Assembly (NCBI GenBank): GCA_944326685.1
Contig: CALVEV010000037.1
Span: forward strand, 21,211-85,210
Direction: 5' to 3'
DNA length: 64,000 nucleotides
Origin: Candidatus Gastranaerophilales bacterium
GTDB lineage: Bacteria; Cyanobacteriota; Vampirovibrionia; Gastranaerophilales; Gastranaerophilaceae
The position numbers and the translations under genes were made by a program. Below the pieces are notes generated by a model. That model searched no databases. It was given only the letters and a program-made list of their open reading frames with translations, and was not told where the DNA came from. Every line of letters begins with the position of its first letter. The stretch's first letter is position 1. Positions 16,191 to 29,281 of the stretch are shown here, one piece after another.

Positions 16191-18046
16191 TGACAGAATT
16201 AAATATAGATATAAAACAAGAGCAAGAACGTGTTAAAAAAGAGATGTCCAAACAAGGATTGAGAGTTTTAGTATGTACAGGAACAGGATGTATTGCAAAT
16301 GGTTCATTAAAGGTTATTGAAAAATTTAAAGAATTAGGTGTAAATGTTTCTGCTTTAACAGATTATGAAAAAATGACAATTGTTCCAACAGGGTGTCATG
16401 GTTTTTGTGAACAGGGTGTATTAGTAATAATACCTGCATTACATACTGCTTATGTAAAGGTAAAAGAAGCTGATGTTCAAGAAATTTATGATAGTCATAT
16501 TGTAAAAGGTGTTCCTGTTGAAAGATTATTGTATGTTGATCCAAATTCAGGTGAGCATATTTATAAGAGTGAAGAAATTAATTTTTATGCAAAACAAGTA
16601 AGAACTGCATTAGAAAATTGTGGTCATATAAATGCAGAATGTTTAGATGAAGCCATTTCAGTTCATGCATATGAGGCCTTATCAAATGTTTTAAAGGAAA
16701 ATAATCCTGATAAAGTAATTGATGAAATAGAAAAATCAGGCTTAAGAGGCCGTGGTGGCGGGGGCTTTCCAACAGGAACAAAATGGAGATTTACAGCTGC
16801 AAATAAAGGAGGAAAATCTTATGTAGTATGTAATGGTGATGAAGGTGATCCTGGAGCATTTATGGATAGAAGTGTAATGGAAGGAGATCCTCATAAACTA
16901 TTAGAAGGTATGGCAATAGCAGGTTTTGCAGTTGGTGCTAACGAAGCATATATTTATGTAAGAGCAGAATATCCATTGGCTATCAAGAGATTAAAAATAG
17001 CTATCGAACAAGCAGAAAAAGCAGGTTATTTAGGCCAAAATATAATGGGTTCAGATTTCAGTTTCACAATTCATATTAAAGAAGGTGCAGGTGCATTTGT
17101 ATGTGGTGAAGAAACAGCTTTAATTGCATCAATAGAAGGTGAACGTGGTATGCCAAGACCAAAACCACCATTCCCTGCTAATAAAGGTTTGTTTGGTAGA
17201 CCAACATTAATTAATAACGTTGAAACATTGGCAAATATTCCTGTAATTATGAGAAAAGGTGCTGATTGGTTTGCTCAAATGGGTACAGAAAAATCAAAAG
17301 GTACTAAGACTTTCGCTTTAACAGGTGAAGTTAATAATACAGGTTTAATTGAGGTTCCAATGGGAACAACTTTAAGAGAAATTATTTTTGATATCGGTGG
17401 CGGTATTAGAGATGGTAAAAAGTTCAAAGCAGCTCAAATTGGAGGTCCATCTGGTGGTTGTTTAACAGAAGAGCACTTAGATTTACCAATGGATTATGAC
17501 ACTTTAAGAAGTGTAGGTGCAATGGTTGGTTCAGGTGGGCTTGTAGTTATGGCTGAAGATACTTGTATTGTAGAAGTAGCAAGATTCTTCATGAACTTTA
17601 CTCAACACGAAAGTTGTGGGAAATGTGTTCCTTGTAGAGAAGGAACAAAAAATATGTTGAAAATCCTTGAAAGAATTGTAAAAGGTAACGGTACAATGGA
17701 GGATTTAGATACATTAGAGGAATTGGCACATGCAGTGAATGATGGTTCATTATGTGGATTAGGAAAAACTGCACCAAATCCTGTTTTATCAACATTGAAA
17801 TATTTTAGAGATGAATATATTGCTCATATTAAAGATAAGAAATGTCCAGCTGGAGTATGTACAGCATTAAAGACATATTCTATCGATCCTGATTTGTGTA
17901 AAGGTTGTTCAAAATGTGCAAGAAATTGTCCAGCACATGCAATATCAGGTGAATTGAAATCACCATTTGTAATTGATCAGGAAAAATGTATAAAATGTGG
18001 CGCTTGTATATCAGCGTGTCCATTCAAGGCAATAAAACAGTTTTAA
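16190..18046 (+). CDS. hydB: NuoF-like flavoprotein subunit of trimeric [FeFe]-hydrogenase (HydB)
   Basis: GLRGRGGGGFPTG.KW (FMN/NADH site), ESCGKCVPCREG (N3 cluster), N-terminal 2Fe-2S module and C-terminal 2x[4Fe-4S] (CKGCSKCARNCP, CIKCGACISACP). Confidence 0.88.
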   Translation: MTELNIDIKQEQERVKKEMSKQGLRVLVCTGTGCIANGSLKVIEKFKELGVNVSALTDYEKMTIVPTGCHGFCEQGVLVIIPALHTAYVKVKEADVQEIYDSHIVKGVPVERLLYVDPNSGEHIYKSEEINFYAKQVRTALENCGHINAECLDEAISVHAYEALSNVLKENNPDKVIDEIEKSGLRGRGGGGFPTGTKWRFTAANKGGKSYVVCNGDEGDPGAFMDRSVMEGDPHKLLEGMAIAGFAVGANEAYIYVRAEYPLAIKRLKIAIEQAEKAGYLGQNIMGSDFSFTIHIKEGAGAFVCGEETALIASIEGERGMPRPKPPFPANKGLFGRPTLINNVETLANIPVIMRKGADWFAQMGTEKSKGTKTFALTGEVNNTGLIEVPMGTTLREIIFDIGGGIRDGKKFKAAQIGGPSGGCLTEEHLDLPMDYDTLRSVGAMVGSGGLVVMAEDTCIVEVARFFMNFTQHESCGKCVPCREGTKNMLKILERIVKGNGTMEDLDTLEELAHAVNDGSLCGLGKTAPNPVLSTLKYFRDEYIAHIKDKKCPAGVCTALKTYSIDPDLCKGCSKCARNCPAHAISGELKSPFVIDQEKCIKCGACISACPFKAIKQF

Positions 18047-18065
18047 GATATGAGGAATAAAAATA

Positions 18066-19820
18066 ATGGGTAAAATGATAATAAATGGTAAAGAGTGTGA
18101 ATTTACCAATGAGGCAAATATATTAGAAGTAATCAGAAAGAATGGATTTAATGTTCCTACTTTCTGTTATAGACCTGATTTAAAAGATGCATTTGGCGCT
18201 TGCAGAATGTGTGTTGTGGAAATTGAAGGAAGAGGGATTCAATCTTCTTGTACAATGCCACCTCAAGATGGATTAGTAATTCATACAAACTCTGCAAAAG
18301 TAAGAAGAATAAGAAAAACTGTATTAGAATTATTACTTGCAAATCATGATAGAGAATGTACAACTTGTGATAAATCAGGTAGTTGTGAGTTACAAAAATA
18401 TGCAGAAGAATATGGTATTAAGGATGTATCAAAATATGTTCAAAGAAAAGAAATGCGTCCAATAGATGATTCTTCTCCATCAATTGTAAGAGATGTAAAC
18501 AAGTGTATTTTATGTGGAGCTTGTGTAAGAGCTTGTAATCAATATCACGGATTACAAGTATTAGGTTTTGCAAATCGTGGTGCTAATACCGTTGTTCAAC
18601 CAATGGCAGGCAGGGCATTAGCAACAAGTGAATGCGTATATTGCGGTCAATGCGTTGCTGTTTGTCCGACAGGAGCTTTAACTATAAAATCACAAGTTGA
18701 TGATGTATGGAAAGAATTAAATAATCCTGATAAAAAAGTTGTTGTTCAATTTGCACCATCTGTTCGTGTAGCAATAGGTGAAATGTTTGGACTTGAACCT
18801 GGTGTTAATTCTACAAAGAAAATTAATGCGGCGTTAAAAGCAATTGGTTTTGATTTAGTATTTGATACAAACTTCTCAGCCGATTTAACAATAATGGAAG
18901 AAGCAACAGAGTTTGTTGATAGAGTGAAAAATGGTGGCAAATTACCATTATTTACATCTTGTTGTCCAGGCTGGGTAAGATATTTAGAAACAGAATATCC
19001 TGAAATGTTGGAGCATTTATCAAGTTGTAAATCTCCACAAGGTATGATGGGTGCAATTATAAAGAAATTTGTTCCTGAATATTATCCAGAGATAACAAAT
19101 GAAAATATTGTAAGCGTTTCTATAATGCCTTGTACAGCTAAAAAAGCTGAGGCAATTAAAAAAGAATTTAGAAGAGAAGATGGTACATACGAAATTGATT
19201 ATGTATTAACAACTCAAGAGCTTGGTCGATTGATAAAATCAGCGGGTGTTGATTTTAATGCATTAGAACCAATAAATGCAGATTCTCCATTCGGTAAATA
19301 TTCAGGTGCTGCAACAATATTTGGTGTATCAGGTGGTGTAGCAGAAGCTGCTGCAAGAACAGCATATCAAATGGTAACAGGCGAGGAGTTAAAAGATTTT
19401 GTTATAACTCCAATGCGTGGAACTAATTTAGTAAAAACAGTTGAGCTTGATTTAAAAGGAACAAAAATTAAGGTGAAAATTGTTAATACATTGAAAGAAG
19501 CAGAAAAATGTATGGAAGAAATTAAAGCCGGAAAAGCAGATTATCAATTATTAGAAGTAATGGCTTGTCCTGGAGGTTGTATCAATGGTGGAGGACAACC
19601 TCAAAGCTGTGATGATTTATCAATTAGAGAAAAAAGAGCAGAAGGTTTATATGAAGATGATGCGACAGATGAATGGCGCAAATCTCATGAAAATCCTGAA
19701 ATCAAGGAACTTTATGAAAAACATCTTGAAAAACCAGGTTCTCACTTATCTCATGAATTGCTACATACAACTTATTCAGATAAATGGAAAAAACTCTATA
19801 AAAATGTCGGAAACGACTAA
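18066..19820 (+). CDS. hydA: [FeFe]-hydrogenase catalytic subunit (HydA, group A3-type layout)
   Basis: N-terminal 2Fe-2S plus His-ligated and 2x[4Fe-4S] modules. Canonical H-cluster motifs FTSCCPGW, IMPCTAKKAE and EVMACPGGCINGGGQP. Confidence 0.9.
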   Translation: MGKMIINGKECEFTNEANILEVIRKNGFNVPTFCYRPDLKDAFGACRMCVVEIEGRGIQSSCTMPPQDGLVIHTNSAKVRRIRKTVLELLLANHDRECTTCDKSGSCELQKYAEEYGIKDVSKYVQRKEMRPIDDSSPSIVRDVNKCILCGACVRACNQYHGLQVLGFANRGANTVVQPMAGRALATSECVYCGQCVAVCPTGALTIKSQVDDVWKELNNPDKKVVVQFAPSVRVAIGEMFGLEPGVNSTKKINAALKAIGFDLVFDTNFSADLTIMEEATEFVDRVKNGGKLPLFTSCCPGWVRYLETEYPEMLEHLSSCKSPQGMMGAIIKKFVPEYYPEITNENIVSVSIMPCTAKKAEAIKKEFRREDGTYEIDYVLTTQELGRLIKSAGVDFNALEPINADSPFGKYSGAATIFGVSGGVAEAAARTAYQMVTGEELKDFVITPMRGTNLVKTVELDLKGTKIKVKIVNTLKEAEKCMEEIKAGKADYQLLEVMACPGGCINGGGQPQSCDDLSIREKRAEGLYEDDATDEWRKSHENPEIKELYEKHLEKPGSHLSHELLHTTYSDKWKKLYKNVGND

Positions 19821-19830
19821 TGTATAAACA

Positions 19831-19860
19831 AAAATGGTGGGCATTGTGTTCACCATTTTT
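19831..19860 (+). terminator. rho-independent terminator after hydA (first of two)
   Basis: AAAATGGTG (19831-19839) / CACCATTTT (19851-19859) followed by a T-run. Confidence 0.65.
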
Positions 19861-19882
19861 ATTAAATATAAATATATTATAA

Positions 19883-19910
19883 AAATACCAGTTTATCTGG
19901 TATTTTTTTT
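19883..19910 (+). terminator. second tandem terminator after hydA
   Basis: AAATACCAG / CTGGTATTT with 5-nt loop, followed by T8. Confidence 0.65.
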
Positions 19911-19995
19911 GTTATAATGTCTTGAAATAAATCTATCTTTGAGAGATATTATAGGGTAGCATCATATAGATGTAAAAATAAAGGAGAAAAATTTT

Positions 19996-21657
19996 ATGAG
20001 TACAATCGAATTTTACGAAAGTGCAGAGAGCTTGAAATCTATCATTTCAGCTGCAAGAGCAACTATTACTGCTCCATTCTTCGGAAACAATGTAGAAGAA
20101 GTAAAATCAGTTTCAGAAGCTTACAAATTAGCAAAAAGCAGCCCTGGAACAATTGAATTAACAGGCATGCCTGTATATGAACCAGAAAAAATTGGTTTAC
20201 CAAAAGGCGCTAACCAATTATTATTCAACGATGGTACAGTAGTTGGCCGTTGTGCAGCTGCAAGAAAAATCGTTGGTGAACCAAACTGCGATTTAAAAGA
20301 ATTATTACCAATCATCCGTGAAGCAATTTATTCTTCTCGTGATAGATTAATGTATAAAACTGAAGTTGTTGTTGGTTTAGAAAATGACTTTATGGTAAAA
20401 GCTCATTTATTAATCCCAGAAGGATTTGAAAATATTATGTATTCTTGGATGTTAAACTTCCAATACATTAATGAAGAATATTCAAAAATGTATGATTCAT
20501 CAAAACCAATTCCAGAAGGTGATATCTATGTATATTCAGATCCTGATTGGTCACATCCTGACTTCCCATACGGATTAACATTCTTTGATCCAGAACATAA
20601 CTGTGCAGCAATCTTAGGTATGAGATACTTTGGTGAACACAAAAAAGGAACATTAACTCTAGCTTGGGGTTGTGCAGCTAGAAACGGATATGCTTCTTGC
20701 CACGGTGGTATGAAACGTTACAATTTAGATGGTGGAAAATCATTCCAAGTTGCTGTATTCGGTCTATCTGGTTCAGGTAAATCAACAATTACTCACGCAA
20801 AACACAATAACAAATATGATATTACAGTTCTTCACGATGACGCATTTGTTATCAATGTTCATGACAAATACACAATCGCTTTAGAACCTGCATATTTCGA
20901 TAAAACAGCAGATTATCCAATCGGATGTGAAGATAACAAATATATCTTAACTCAACAAAATGCTGGTGCTATTCAATTAGCAGATGGCAAAGTTGTTTCA
21001 ATTACTGAAGACGTAAGAAATGGTAACGGTCGTGCTGTTAAATCTAAATTGTGGTCTCCAAACAGAGTTGATAGAATTGATCAACCAATCGATGCTATCT
21101 TCTGGTTAATGAAAGACCCTACAATTCCTCCTGTATTAAAATTATCAGGAGCTGCTTTAGGTTCAGCTATGGGTGCTACATTAGCAACAAAACGTTCTTC
21201 AGCTGAAAGATTAGCTAAAGGTGTTGACCCTAACGCATTAGTTGTTGAACCATATGCTAACCCATTCAGAGTTTACCCATTAGAAGTAGACTACACTAGA
21301 TTCAAAAAATTAATTGAAGATGGCGTTGATTGCTACATCTTAAATACAGGTGAATTTATGGGTACAAAAGTTCAACCTAAACATACTTTAGGAATTATCG
21401 AAGCTATCGTTGAAGGTTCAGCTAAATTCCATAAATGGGAAAACTTCTCAGATATCGAAATTATGGATATCGAAGGATTTGATGCTTCATTCTCTAATAA
21501 AGAATATGCATCTGAATTCGTTGCTCGTATGAACGATAGAATCGAATTTGTTAAATCAAGAGAAACAGAAAAAGCAGGAAAAGATGCTCTTCCAGCAGAT
21601 GCTTTAGAAGCATTACAAGCTGTTGTTAGAGAAGCTTCTTCTTTAGCTTCTGTATAG
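19996..21657 (+). CDS. pckA: phosphoenolpyruvate carboxykinase (ATP)
   Basis: FGLSGSGKSTI kinase-1a motif, LHDDAF, GNGRA. Length and order typical of ATP-dependent PckA. Confidence 0.88.
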   Translation: MSTIEFYESAESLKSIISAARATITAPFFGNNVEEVKSVSEAYKLAKSSPGTIELTGMPVYEPEKIGLPKGANQLLFNDGTVVGRCAAARKIVGEPNCDLKELLPIIREAIYSSRDRLMYKTEVVVGLENDFMVKAHLLIPEGFENIMYSWMLNFQYINEEYSKMYDSSKPIPEGDIYVYSDPDWSHPDFPYGLTFFDPEHNCAAILGMRYFGEHKKGTLTLAWGCAARNGYASCHGGMKRYNLDGGKSFQVAVFGLSGSGKSTITHAKHNNKYDITVLHDDAFVINVHDKYTIALEPAYFDKTADYPIGCEDNKYILTQQNAGAIQLADGKVVSITEDVRNGNGRAVKSKLWSPNRVDRIDQPIDAIFWLMKDPTIPPVLKLSGAALGSAMGATLATKRSSAERLAKGVDPNALVVEPYANPFRVYPLEVDYTRFKKLIEDGVDCYILNTGEFMGTKVQPKHTLGIIEAIVEGSAKFHKWENFSDIEIMDIEGFDASFSNKEYASEFVARMNDRIEFVKSRETEKAGKDALPADALEALQAVVREASSLASV

Positions 21658-21684
21658 TTAAATCTTTGATTTAATTAAAAATTT

Positions 21685-21718
21685 AAGAGGGTATTCATTT
21701 ATTGAATATCCTCTTTTT
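21685..21718 (+). terminator. rho-independent terminator after pckA
   Basis: 13-bp stem (one G-U) AAGAGGGTATTCA / TGAATATCCTCTT, loop TTTAT, T-run 21714-21718. Confidence 0.7.
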
Positions 21719-21814
21719 AATTTACAAAATTTTTTACTAAAATATTCTATATTTGAAATGTTTTTGTGATACAATAATGACGGTAGTTTTTAAATGTTCA
21801 AAAAGGAGAAAACA

Positions 21815-24460
21815 ATGGCAGAAAAAAGAGTATGGCTTTTCAGAGAAGGAAATGCTGATATGCGTAACCTTTTGGGCGGTAAAGGTGCTAACTTAGCAGA
21901 AATGACTAACTTAGGCTTACCTGTACCTCCAGGGTTAACAATTACAACAGAAACTTGTATGGAATACATCAACAATGGTAATAAAATGCCAGAAGGTTTG
22001 ATGGATGAAGTAAAAAAAGCTTTAGCAGATGTTGAATCTCAAACTGGTAAAAAATTCGGAGATAGTGAAAATCCATTATTAGTATCTGTTCGTTCAGGTG
22101 CAAGAGTTTCAATGCCTGGTATGATGGAAACTATTTTAAACTTAGGTTTAAACGATGATACAGTAGAAGCTATGATTAAATTAACAAATAATCCTAGATT
22201 TTGCTATGATTCATATCGCCGTTTCTTAACAATGTTTGGTTCAGTTGCTTGGGAAATGGATAGACAAAAATACTTCGAATCAGAAGTAGAAAAAGTAAAA
22301 GAAAGAGAAGGAGTTAAGTCTGATACTGAAATTTCTGCCGATGGATGGAAGTCATTAATTCCAATATATAAAAATGTTATTAAAGAAGTAACAGGAAAAG
22401 AATTCCCTCAAGATCCATATGTTCAATTACAAGAAGCAATTGAAGCAGTATTTAGATCTTGGAATATTCCACGTGCTGTTGCATACAGAAATATGAACAA
22501 AATTGATCACAATTTCGGTACAGCAGTAAACGTACAAACAATGGTATTCGGTAATATGGGTGATGACTGTGCAACAGGTGTTTCATTTACAAGAAACCCT
22601 GCAACAGGTGAAAATAAATTCTATGGTGAATATTTAACAAATGCTCAAGGTGAAGACGTTGTTGCAGGTATTAGAACACCAAAACAAATCGCTCAATTAG
22701 AATCAGAAATGCCAGAATTATACAAACAATATGTTGATATTGCTAAAAAATTAGAATTAGGTTATAAAGACGTTCAAGATATGGAATTTACTATTGAACG
22801 TGGTAAATTATGGATTCTTCAAACACGTAGTGGTAAAAGAACTGCTAAAGCTGCTGTAAAAATTGCAGTAGATATGTGTAATGAAGGAATCATTACTAAA
22901 GAAAGAGCAATTCAATTAGTTGATCCATATTCAGTATATCAAATTTTATTACCAAACTTTGATACACAAGCTAAAAAAGAAGCTCATAAAATATCAACAG
23001 GTGTAAACGCATCTCCAGGTGCTGCTGTTGGTAAAATTGTATTTGATACAGAAGAAGCTGCAGAACGTGGTGCAAACGGAGAAAAAGTTATCTTAGTAAG
23101 AATAGAAACTTGTCCAGATGATATCCATGGTATGGCAGTTGCTCAAGGTGTATTAACTTTAAGAGGTGGTGCAACATCTCACGCAGCAGTAGTTGCAAAA
23201 GGTATGGGTAAACCTTGTGTATCTGGTTGTGAAGACTTAATTATCAACTTAGAAGCTGAAACATTAACAGGTGCTGATGGTACTGTTTACAAGAAAGATG
23301 ATATTATTTCTCTTGATGGTGGTACTGGTGAAGTTATGGCAGGAGCTGTTAAACTTGTTGAAGCTGGTATTGATGAAAACTTCACTACTTTCTTTAACTG
23401 GGTAGATGAAATTAAAACAATGACAGTAGAAGCAAACGCTGATACTCCAAAAGATATTGAAAACGCATTAAAATTCGGTGCTCAAGGTGTTGGTTTATGT
23501 AGAACAGAACACATGTTCATGGATCCAGATAGATTACCTTGGGTTCAAAAAATGATTATTGCAGGAACTGCAGAAGCTAGAAAAGAAGCATTAGATAAAC
23601 TTCTTCCAATGCAATATGCTGATTTCTATGCAATGTTCAAAGCATTAGGTGATTTACCTTTAACAGTAAGACTTTTAGATCCACCTTTACACGAATTCTT
23701 ACCATCTAAAGTTGAATTAATTGAAAAAGTAGCTACTAAAAAAGCACTTGGTCAAGATTGTTCAGAAGATGCAAAAATGTTAGAAATCGTTGAAGGTTTA
23801 TCAGAATCTAACCCAATGATGGGATTACGTGGATGCCGTTTAGGTTTAACATATCCTGAAATCAACGAAATGCAAGTTAGAGCAATCTTCGAAGCTTGCT
23901 GTGATTTAGCAAAAGAAGGACATAAAGTACATCCTTACGTTATGATTCCACTAATTGGTCACGTAAATGAGTTAAAAACAGCAGAAGATATTTTAGTTCG
24001 TGTTGCTAAAGATGTTATGGCTGAAAAAGGAATTGAAATTGAATACAAATTCGGTACAATGATTGAAATTCCTCGTGCAGCATTAACAGCTGATAAAGTT
24101 GCAGAACATGCTGAATTCTTCTCATTTGGTACAAACGACTTAACTCAAATGACATTTGGTTATTCAAGAGATGATGCTGAAGGTAAATTCTTGAAAAACT
24201 ACGTAGAGCAAAAAATCTTACCTGCTAACCCATTCGAAACATTAGACCAAGATGGTGTTGGTCAATTAATCGAAATGGCTATGGAAAAAGGTAAAGCTGT
24301 AAATCCAAAATTACTTGGTGGTGTTTGTGGTGAACACGGTGGAGATCCGGATTCAGTTAAATTCTGTCACAGAATTGGTTTGAACTATGTATCTTGTTCT
24401 CCATTCAGAGTTCCTCAAGCAAAACTTGCAGCAGCTCAAGCAGTTGTAGAAGCTAAATAA
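21815..24460 (+). CDS. ppdK: pyruvate, phosphate dikinase
   Basis: MAEKRVWLF..G......LLGGKGANLAEM N-terminus, phospho-His region GGATSHAAVVA.GMGKPCV, C-terminal GLCRTEHMF and FFSFGTNDLTQ. ATG at 21815 has an AGGAG SD. The track start at 21794 is probably too early. Confidence 0.93.
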   Translation: MAEKRVWLFREGNADMRNLLGGKGANLAEMTNLGLPVPPGLTITTETCMEYINNGNKMPEGLMDEVKKALADVESQTGKKFGDSENPLLVSVRSGARVSMPGMMETILNLGLNDDTVEAMIKLTNNPRFCYDSYRRFLTMFGSVAWEMDRQKYFESEVEKVKEREGVKSDTEISADGWKSLIPIYKNVIKEVTGKEFPQDPYVQLQEAIEAVFRSWNIPRAVAYRNMNKIDHNFGTAVNVQTMVFGNMGDDCATGVSFTRNPATGENKFYGEYLTNAQGEDVVAGIRTPKQIAQLESEMPELYKQYVDIAKKLELGYKDVQDMEFTIERGKLWILQTRSGKRTAKAAVKIAVDMCNEGIITKERAIQLVDPYSVYQILLPNFDTQAKKEAHKISTGVNASPGAAVGKIVFDTEEAAERGANGEKVILVRIETCPDDIHGMAVAQGVLTLRGGATSHAAVVAKGMGKPCVSGCEDLIINLEAETLTGADGTVYKKDDIISLDGGTGEVMAGAVKLVEAGIDENFTTFFNWVDEIKTMTVEANADTPKDIENALKFGAQGVGLCRTEHMFMDPDRLPWVQKMIIAGTAEARKEALDKLLPMQYADFYAMFKALGDLPLTVRLLDPPLHEFLPSKVELIEKVATKKALGQDCSEDAKMLEIVEGLSESNPMMGLRGCRLGLTYPEINEMQVRAIFEACCDLAKEGHKVHPYVMIPLIGHVNELKTAEDILVRVAKDVMAEKGIEIEYKFGTMIEIPRAALTADKVAEHAEFFSFGTNDLTQMTFGYSRDDAEGKFLKNYVEQKILPANPFETLDQDGVGQLIEMAMEKGKAVNPKLLGGVCGEHGGDPDSVKFCHRIGLNYVSCSPFRVPQAKLAAAQAVVEAK

Positions 24461-24505
24461 CTTTTTAATAAGCTGTTATTTAGTAATATAGCAATTTAAA
24501 ATTTA

Positions 24506-24542
24506 AAGTAGGTATTAGAAATCTAGCTAATACCTACTTTTT
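24506..24542 (+). terminator. rho-independent terminator after ppdK
   Basis: Perfect 13-bp stem AAGTAGGTATTAG (24506-24518) / CTAATACCTACTT (24527-24539) plus T-run. Confidence 0.75.
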
Positions 24543-24636
24543 ACTTGTTTTAATATGTCTTAATAATTAGGCAAAAATATAATTCTTAAAGTTTTATTTA
24601 TAATATAAGGTGTATAAGTTGTGCATAGGAGTAGTT

Positions 24637-25203
24637 ATGGATTTACAACCAACGACTGGCTTTTTTACAAATATAAAAAGCAAAATTACAGGGAAAGATT
24701 ATTATACAACATCTACAGGTACTAAAATTAGTATGGCGGCTGGAGAAGGAAAAGTTGAGGAAACTGATGATGGTGTTATAAAAATTTATGATGCAAAAAA
24801 AGTTTCTGTATATGGTACTAGTGCAGATGATAAACTTTATGTTAAGAATTCTCATGTGAAATATATTAATCAAGGGTCAGGTAATAATGTAACTGCTTTA
24901 GATAATTGTACATATAATCAATATAATCGTTTTTGGGGTACTGGATCTGTAATAACAACTGGTGGTAGCTTCTTTAAACCTAATAAAGGTAGTGATGTTA
25001 TTAAAATAAAAGGTGACTTTAATGGTGGAATTTTAGCACAACAAGGCTCTGGTAAAGCTTATGGTGATGATAAAAAAGCGCACAAAGATACTATAATGAT
25101 TAATGGTGATAATAACGGTTTTATAAATATAGATACCCATGATAAAGTTGCAATATCAGGTAAAAAAGGTCAAATAAAAAATATTTCTGTAATATACTGT
25201 TAA
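24637..25203 (+). CDS. hypothetical Gly/Asp/Lys-rich protein
   Basis: ATG at 24637 preceded by AGGAG. Repetitive G-x-x-D-K/V-I segments. No recognised family. Confidence 0.4.
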   Translation: MDLQPTTGFFTNIKSKITGKDYYTTSTGTKISMAAGEGKVEETDDGVIKIYDAKKVSVYGTSADDKLYVKNSHVKYINQGSGNNVTALDNCTYNQYNRFWGTGSVITTGGSFFKPNKGSDVIKIKGDFNGGILAQQGSGKAYGDDKKAHKDTIMINGDNNGFINIDTHDKVAISGKKGQIKNISVIYC

Positions 25204-25221
25204 TGTTATATAAGTATAAAT

Positions 25222-25255
25222 AAAACCCTTAAAGATAATTTTCTTTAAGGGTTTT
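25222..25255. terminator. bidirectional terminator between convergent genes (24637..25203 and map)
   Basis: Perfect 13-bp stem AAAACCCTTAAAG / CTTTAAGGGTTTT with A/T runs on both sides. Confidence 0.7.
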
Positions 25256-25286
25256 ATTTATTTTAGCTTTTTATTTTGACAACTAT

Positions 25287-26039
25287 CTATTCCATAAGTG
25301 TTGTCATTAGAATAGGTTCATCATCTGTACAAAGAACAGTATGTTCAAAGTGAGCAGATGCTTTACCGTCTTTAGTTACTACTGACCATTGGTCATCTAA
25401 AACAACTACATCATCACAACCAAGGTTTAACATTGGTTCGATTGCAATTACATAGCCACTTTTTAATTTAGTTTGGTTGCCAACTCTAAAATTGAATAAA
25501 AATGGATCTTCATGCATTTGATGTCCAACTCCGTGTCCACCATAGTTTCTTACAATTCCCATTTTTTCTCTGTTAGCAACATCTTCTATTGCTCCTGATA
25601 TATCATCAAGAACATTCCCAGCTCTCATTTTTGAGATACCCGCAAATAGAGCTTCTTCTGTTACTTTCATAAGACGCTGTTTGTCTTCTGAAATTTTGCC
25701 TACTGCATAAGACCAAGCACTATCTCCAACCATTCCACCATAAGTTGCTCCAACATCAATTGCAATGATGTCACCTTCTTTTAGAATTTCATCTTTTGAA
25801 GGAATACCATGGACAATTTTCTCATTAATTGATGTGCATATGCAAGCAGGAAAACCAGAGTATCCTAAAAATGTTGGGATTGCTTTGTTTTCTTTTATTA
25901 TTCGCATTGCAATATCATCAAGTTCTTTGGTGCTGATGCCAGGTTCAACAACTTTTCTCATTTCTTGATGAACAAGTGCAACAATATGCCCTGCATGACG
26001 CATTCTTTTTATTTCATCTTTTGATTTTCTTTTAATCAT
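25287..26039 (-). CDS. map: type I methionine aminopeptidase
   Basis: ICTS.NE...HGIP, GDI...D, GHG.G...HE and EPM metal-ligand motifs. 250 aa. Confidence 0.93.
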   Translation of the reverse strand: MIKRKSKDEIKRMRHAGHIVALVHQEMRKVVEPGISTKELDDIAMRIIKENKAIPTFLGYSGFPACICTSINEKIVHGIPSKDEILKEGDIIAIDVGATYGGMVGDSAWSYAVGKISEDKQRLMKVTEEALFAGISKMRAGNVLDDISGAIEDVANREKMGIVRNYGGHGVGHQMHEDPFLFNFRVGNQTKLKSGYVIAIEPMLNLGCDDVVVLDDQWSVVTKDGKASAHFEHTVLCTDDEPILMTTLME

Positions 26040-26691
26040 TTACTACCTTCAATAATCTTTCCCATACTTCATCAATACTGCCATTTGCATCTATAGTTCT
26101 TAATACATTTTTATTTTTGTAATAATCTACAAGTGGTGCAGTTTCTTTGAAGTATGTTTCAAATCTTGCTTTTGCTGTTTCTTCGTTGTCATCTTTTCTT
26201 TGAGTTAATTCAGCTCCACATTTATCGCAGATTCCTTCAACTTTTGGTGGGTGGAATTTAATGTTATAAATTTCACCGCATTTAGGGCAAGAACGTCTGT
26301 TAACTATTCTTGAAATAAGAATCTCTTGGTCTAAATCAAAATAAACAGCTTTGAATGAAGTTTCTTTATCTCTATCAATTTCTTCGTTTATTTTAGTTAG
26401 CATATCTGCTTGTTCTGCACTTCTTGGGAACCCGTCTAAAATGTATCCGTTTTCACAATCTTTTTGAGATAATCTATCTTTGATTATTTTAGCAACCAAT
26501 TCAACAGGTACTAATTGTCCTTTATCAATAAATTGTTTAGCAATTTTACCGTTTTCTGTTCCTGCAGATATCTCAGCTCTTAATAATGAACCTGTATCAA
26601 CGTGAGGTAGATTAAAATATTCTGCTAATTTACTTGTTTGTGTTCCTTTACCACAAGCTGGTGGCCCTAAAAAAATCATTTCTCTTTTCAT
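26032..26691 (-). CDS. adk: adenylate kinase (zinc-lid type)
   Basis: GPPACGKGTQ P-loop, GYILDGFPR, lid CPKCG...CDKCG. Confidence 0.93.
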   Translation of the reverse strand: MKREMIFLGPPACGKGTQTSKLAEYFNLPHVDTGSLLRAEISAGTENGKIAKQFIDKGQLVPVELVAKIIKDRLSQKDCENGYILDGFPRSAEQADMLTKINEEIDRDKETSFKAVYFDLDQEILISRIVNRRSCPKCGEIYNIKFHPPKVEGICDKCGAELTQRKDDNEETAKARFETYFKETAPLVDYYKNKNVLRTIDANGSIDEVWERLLKVVND

Positions 26692-26780
26692 TTTTATCTT
26701 CTTTCCATTTCTTATAATTAATACAAGGGCATATTAAATATGCCCTTAATTTCTAAATTAATTTTATTTATTATTTTATC

Positions 26781-29213
<2,433 letters not shown>

Positions 29214-29281
29214 TCATCTCTCCTAATTTTCACTATCCTCATTATTATTTTACCATAAACAAACTTTATGTGTTAAAAATG

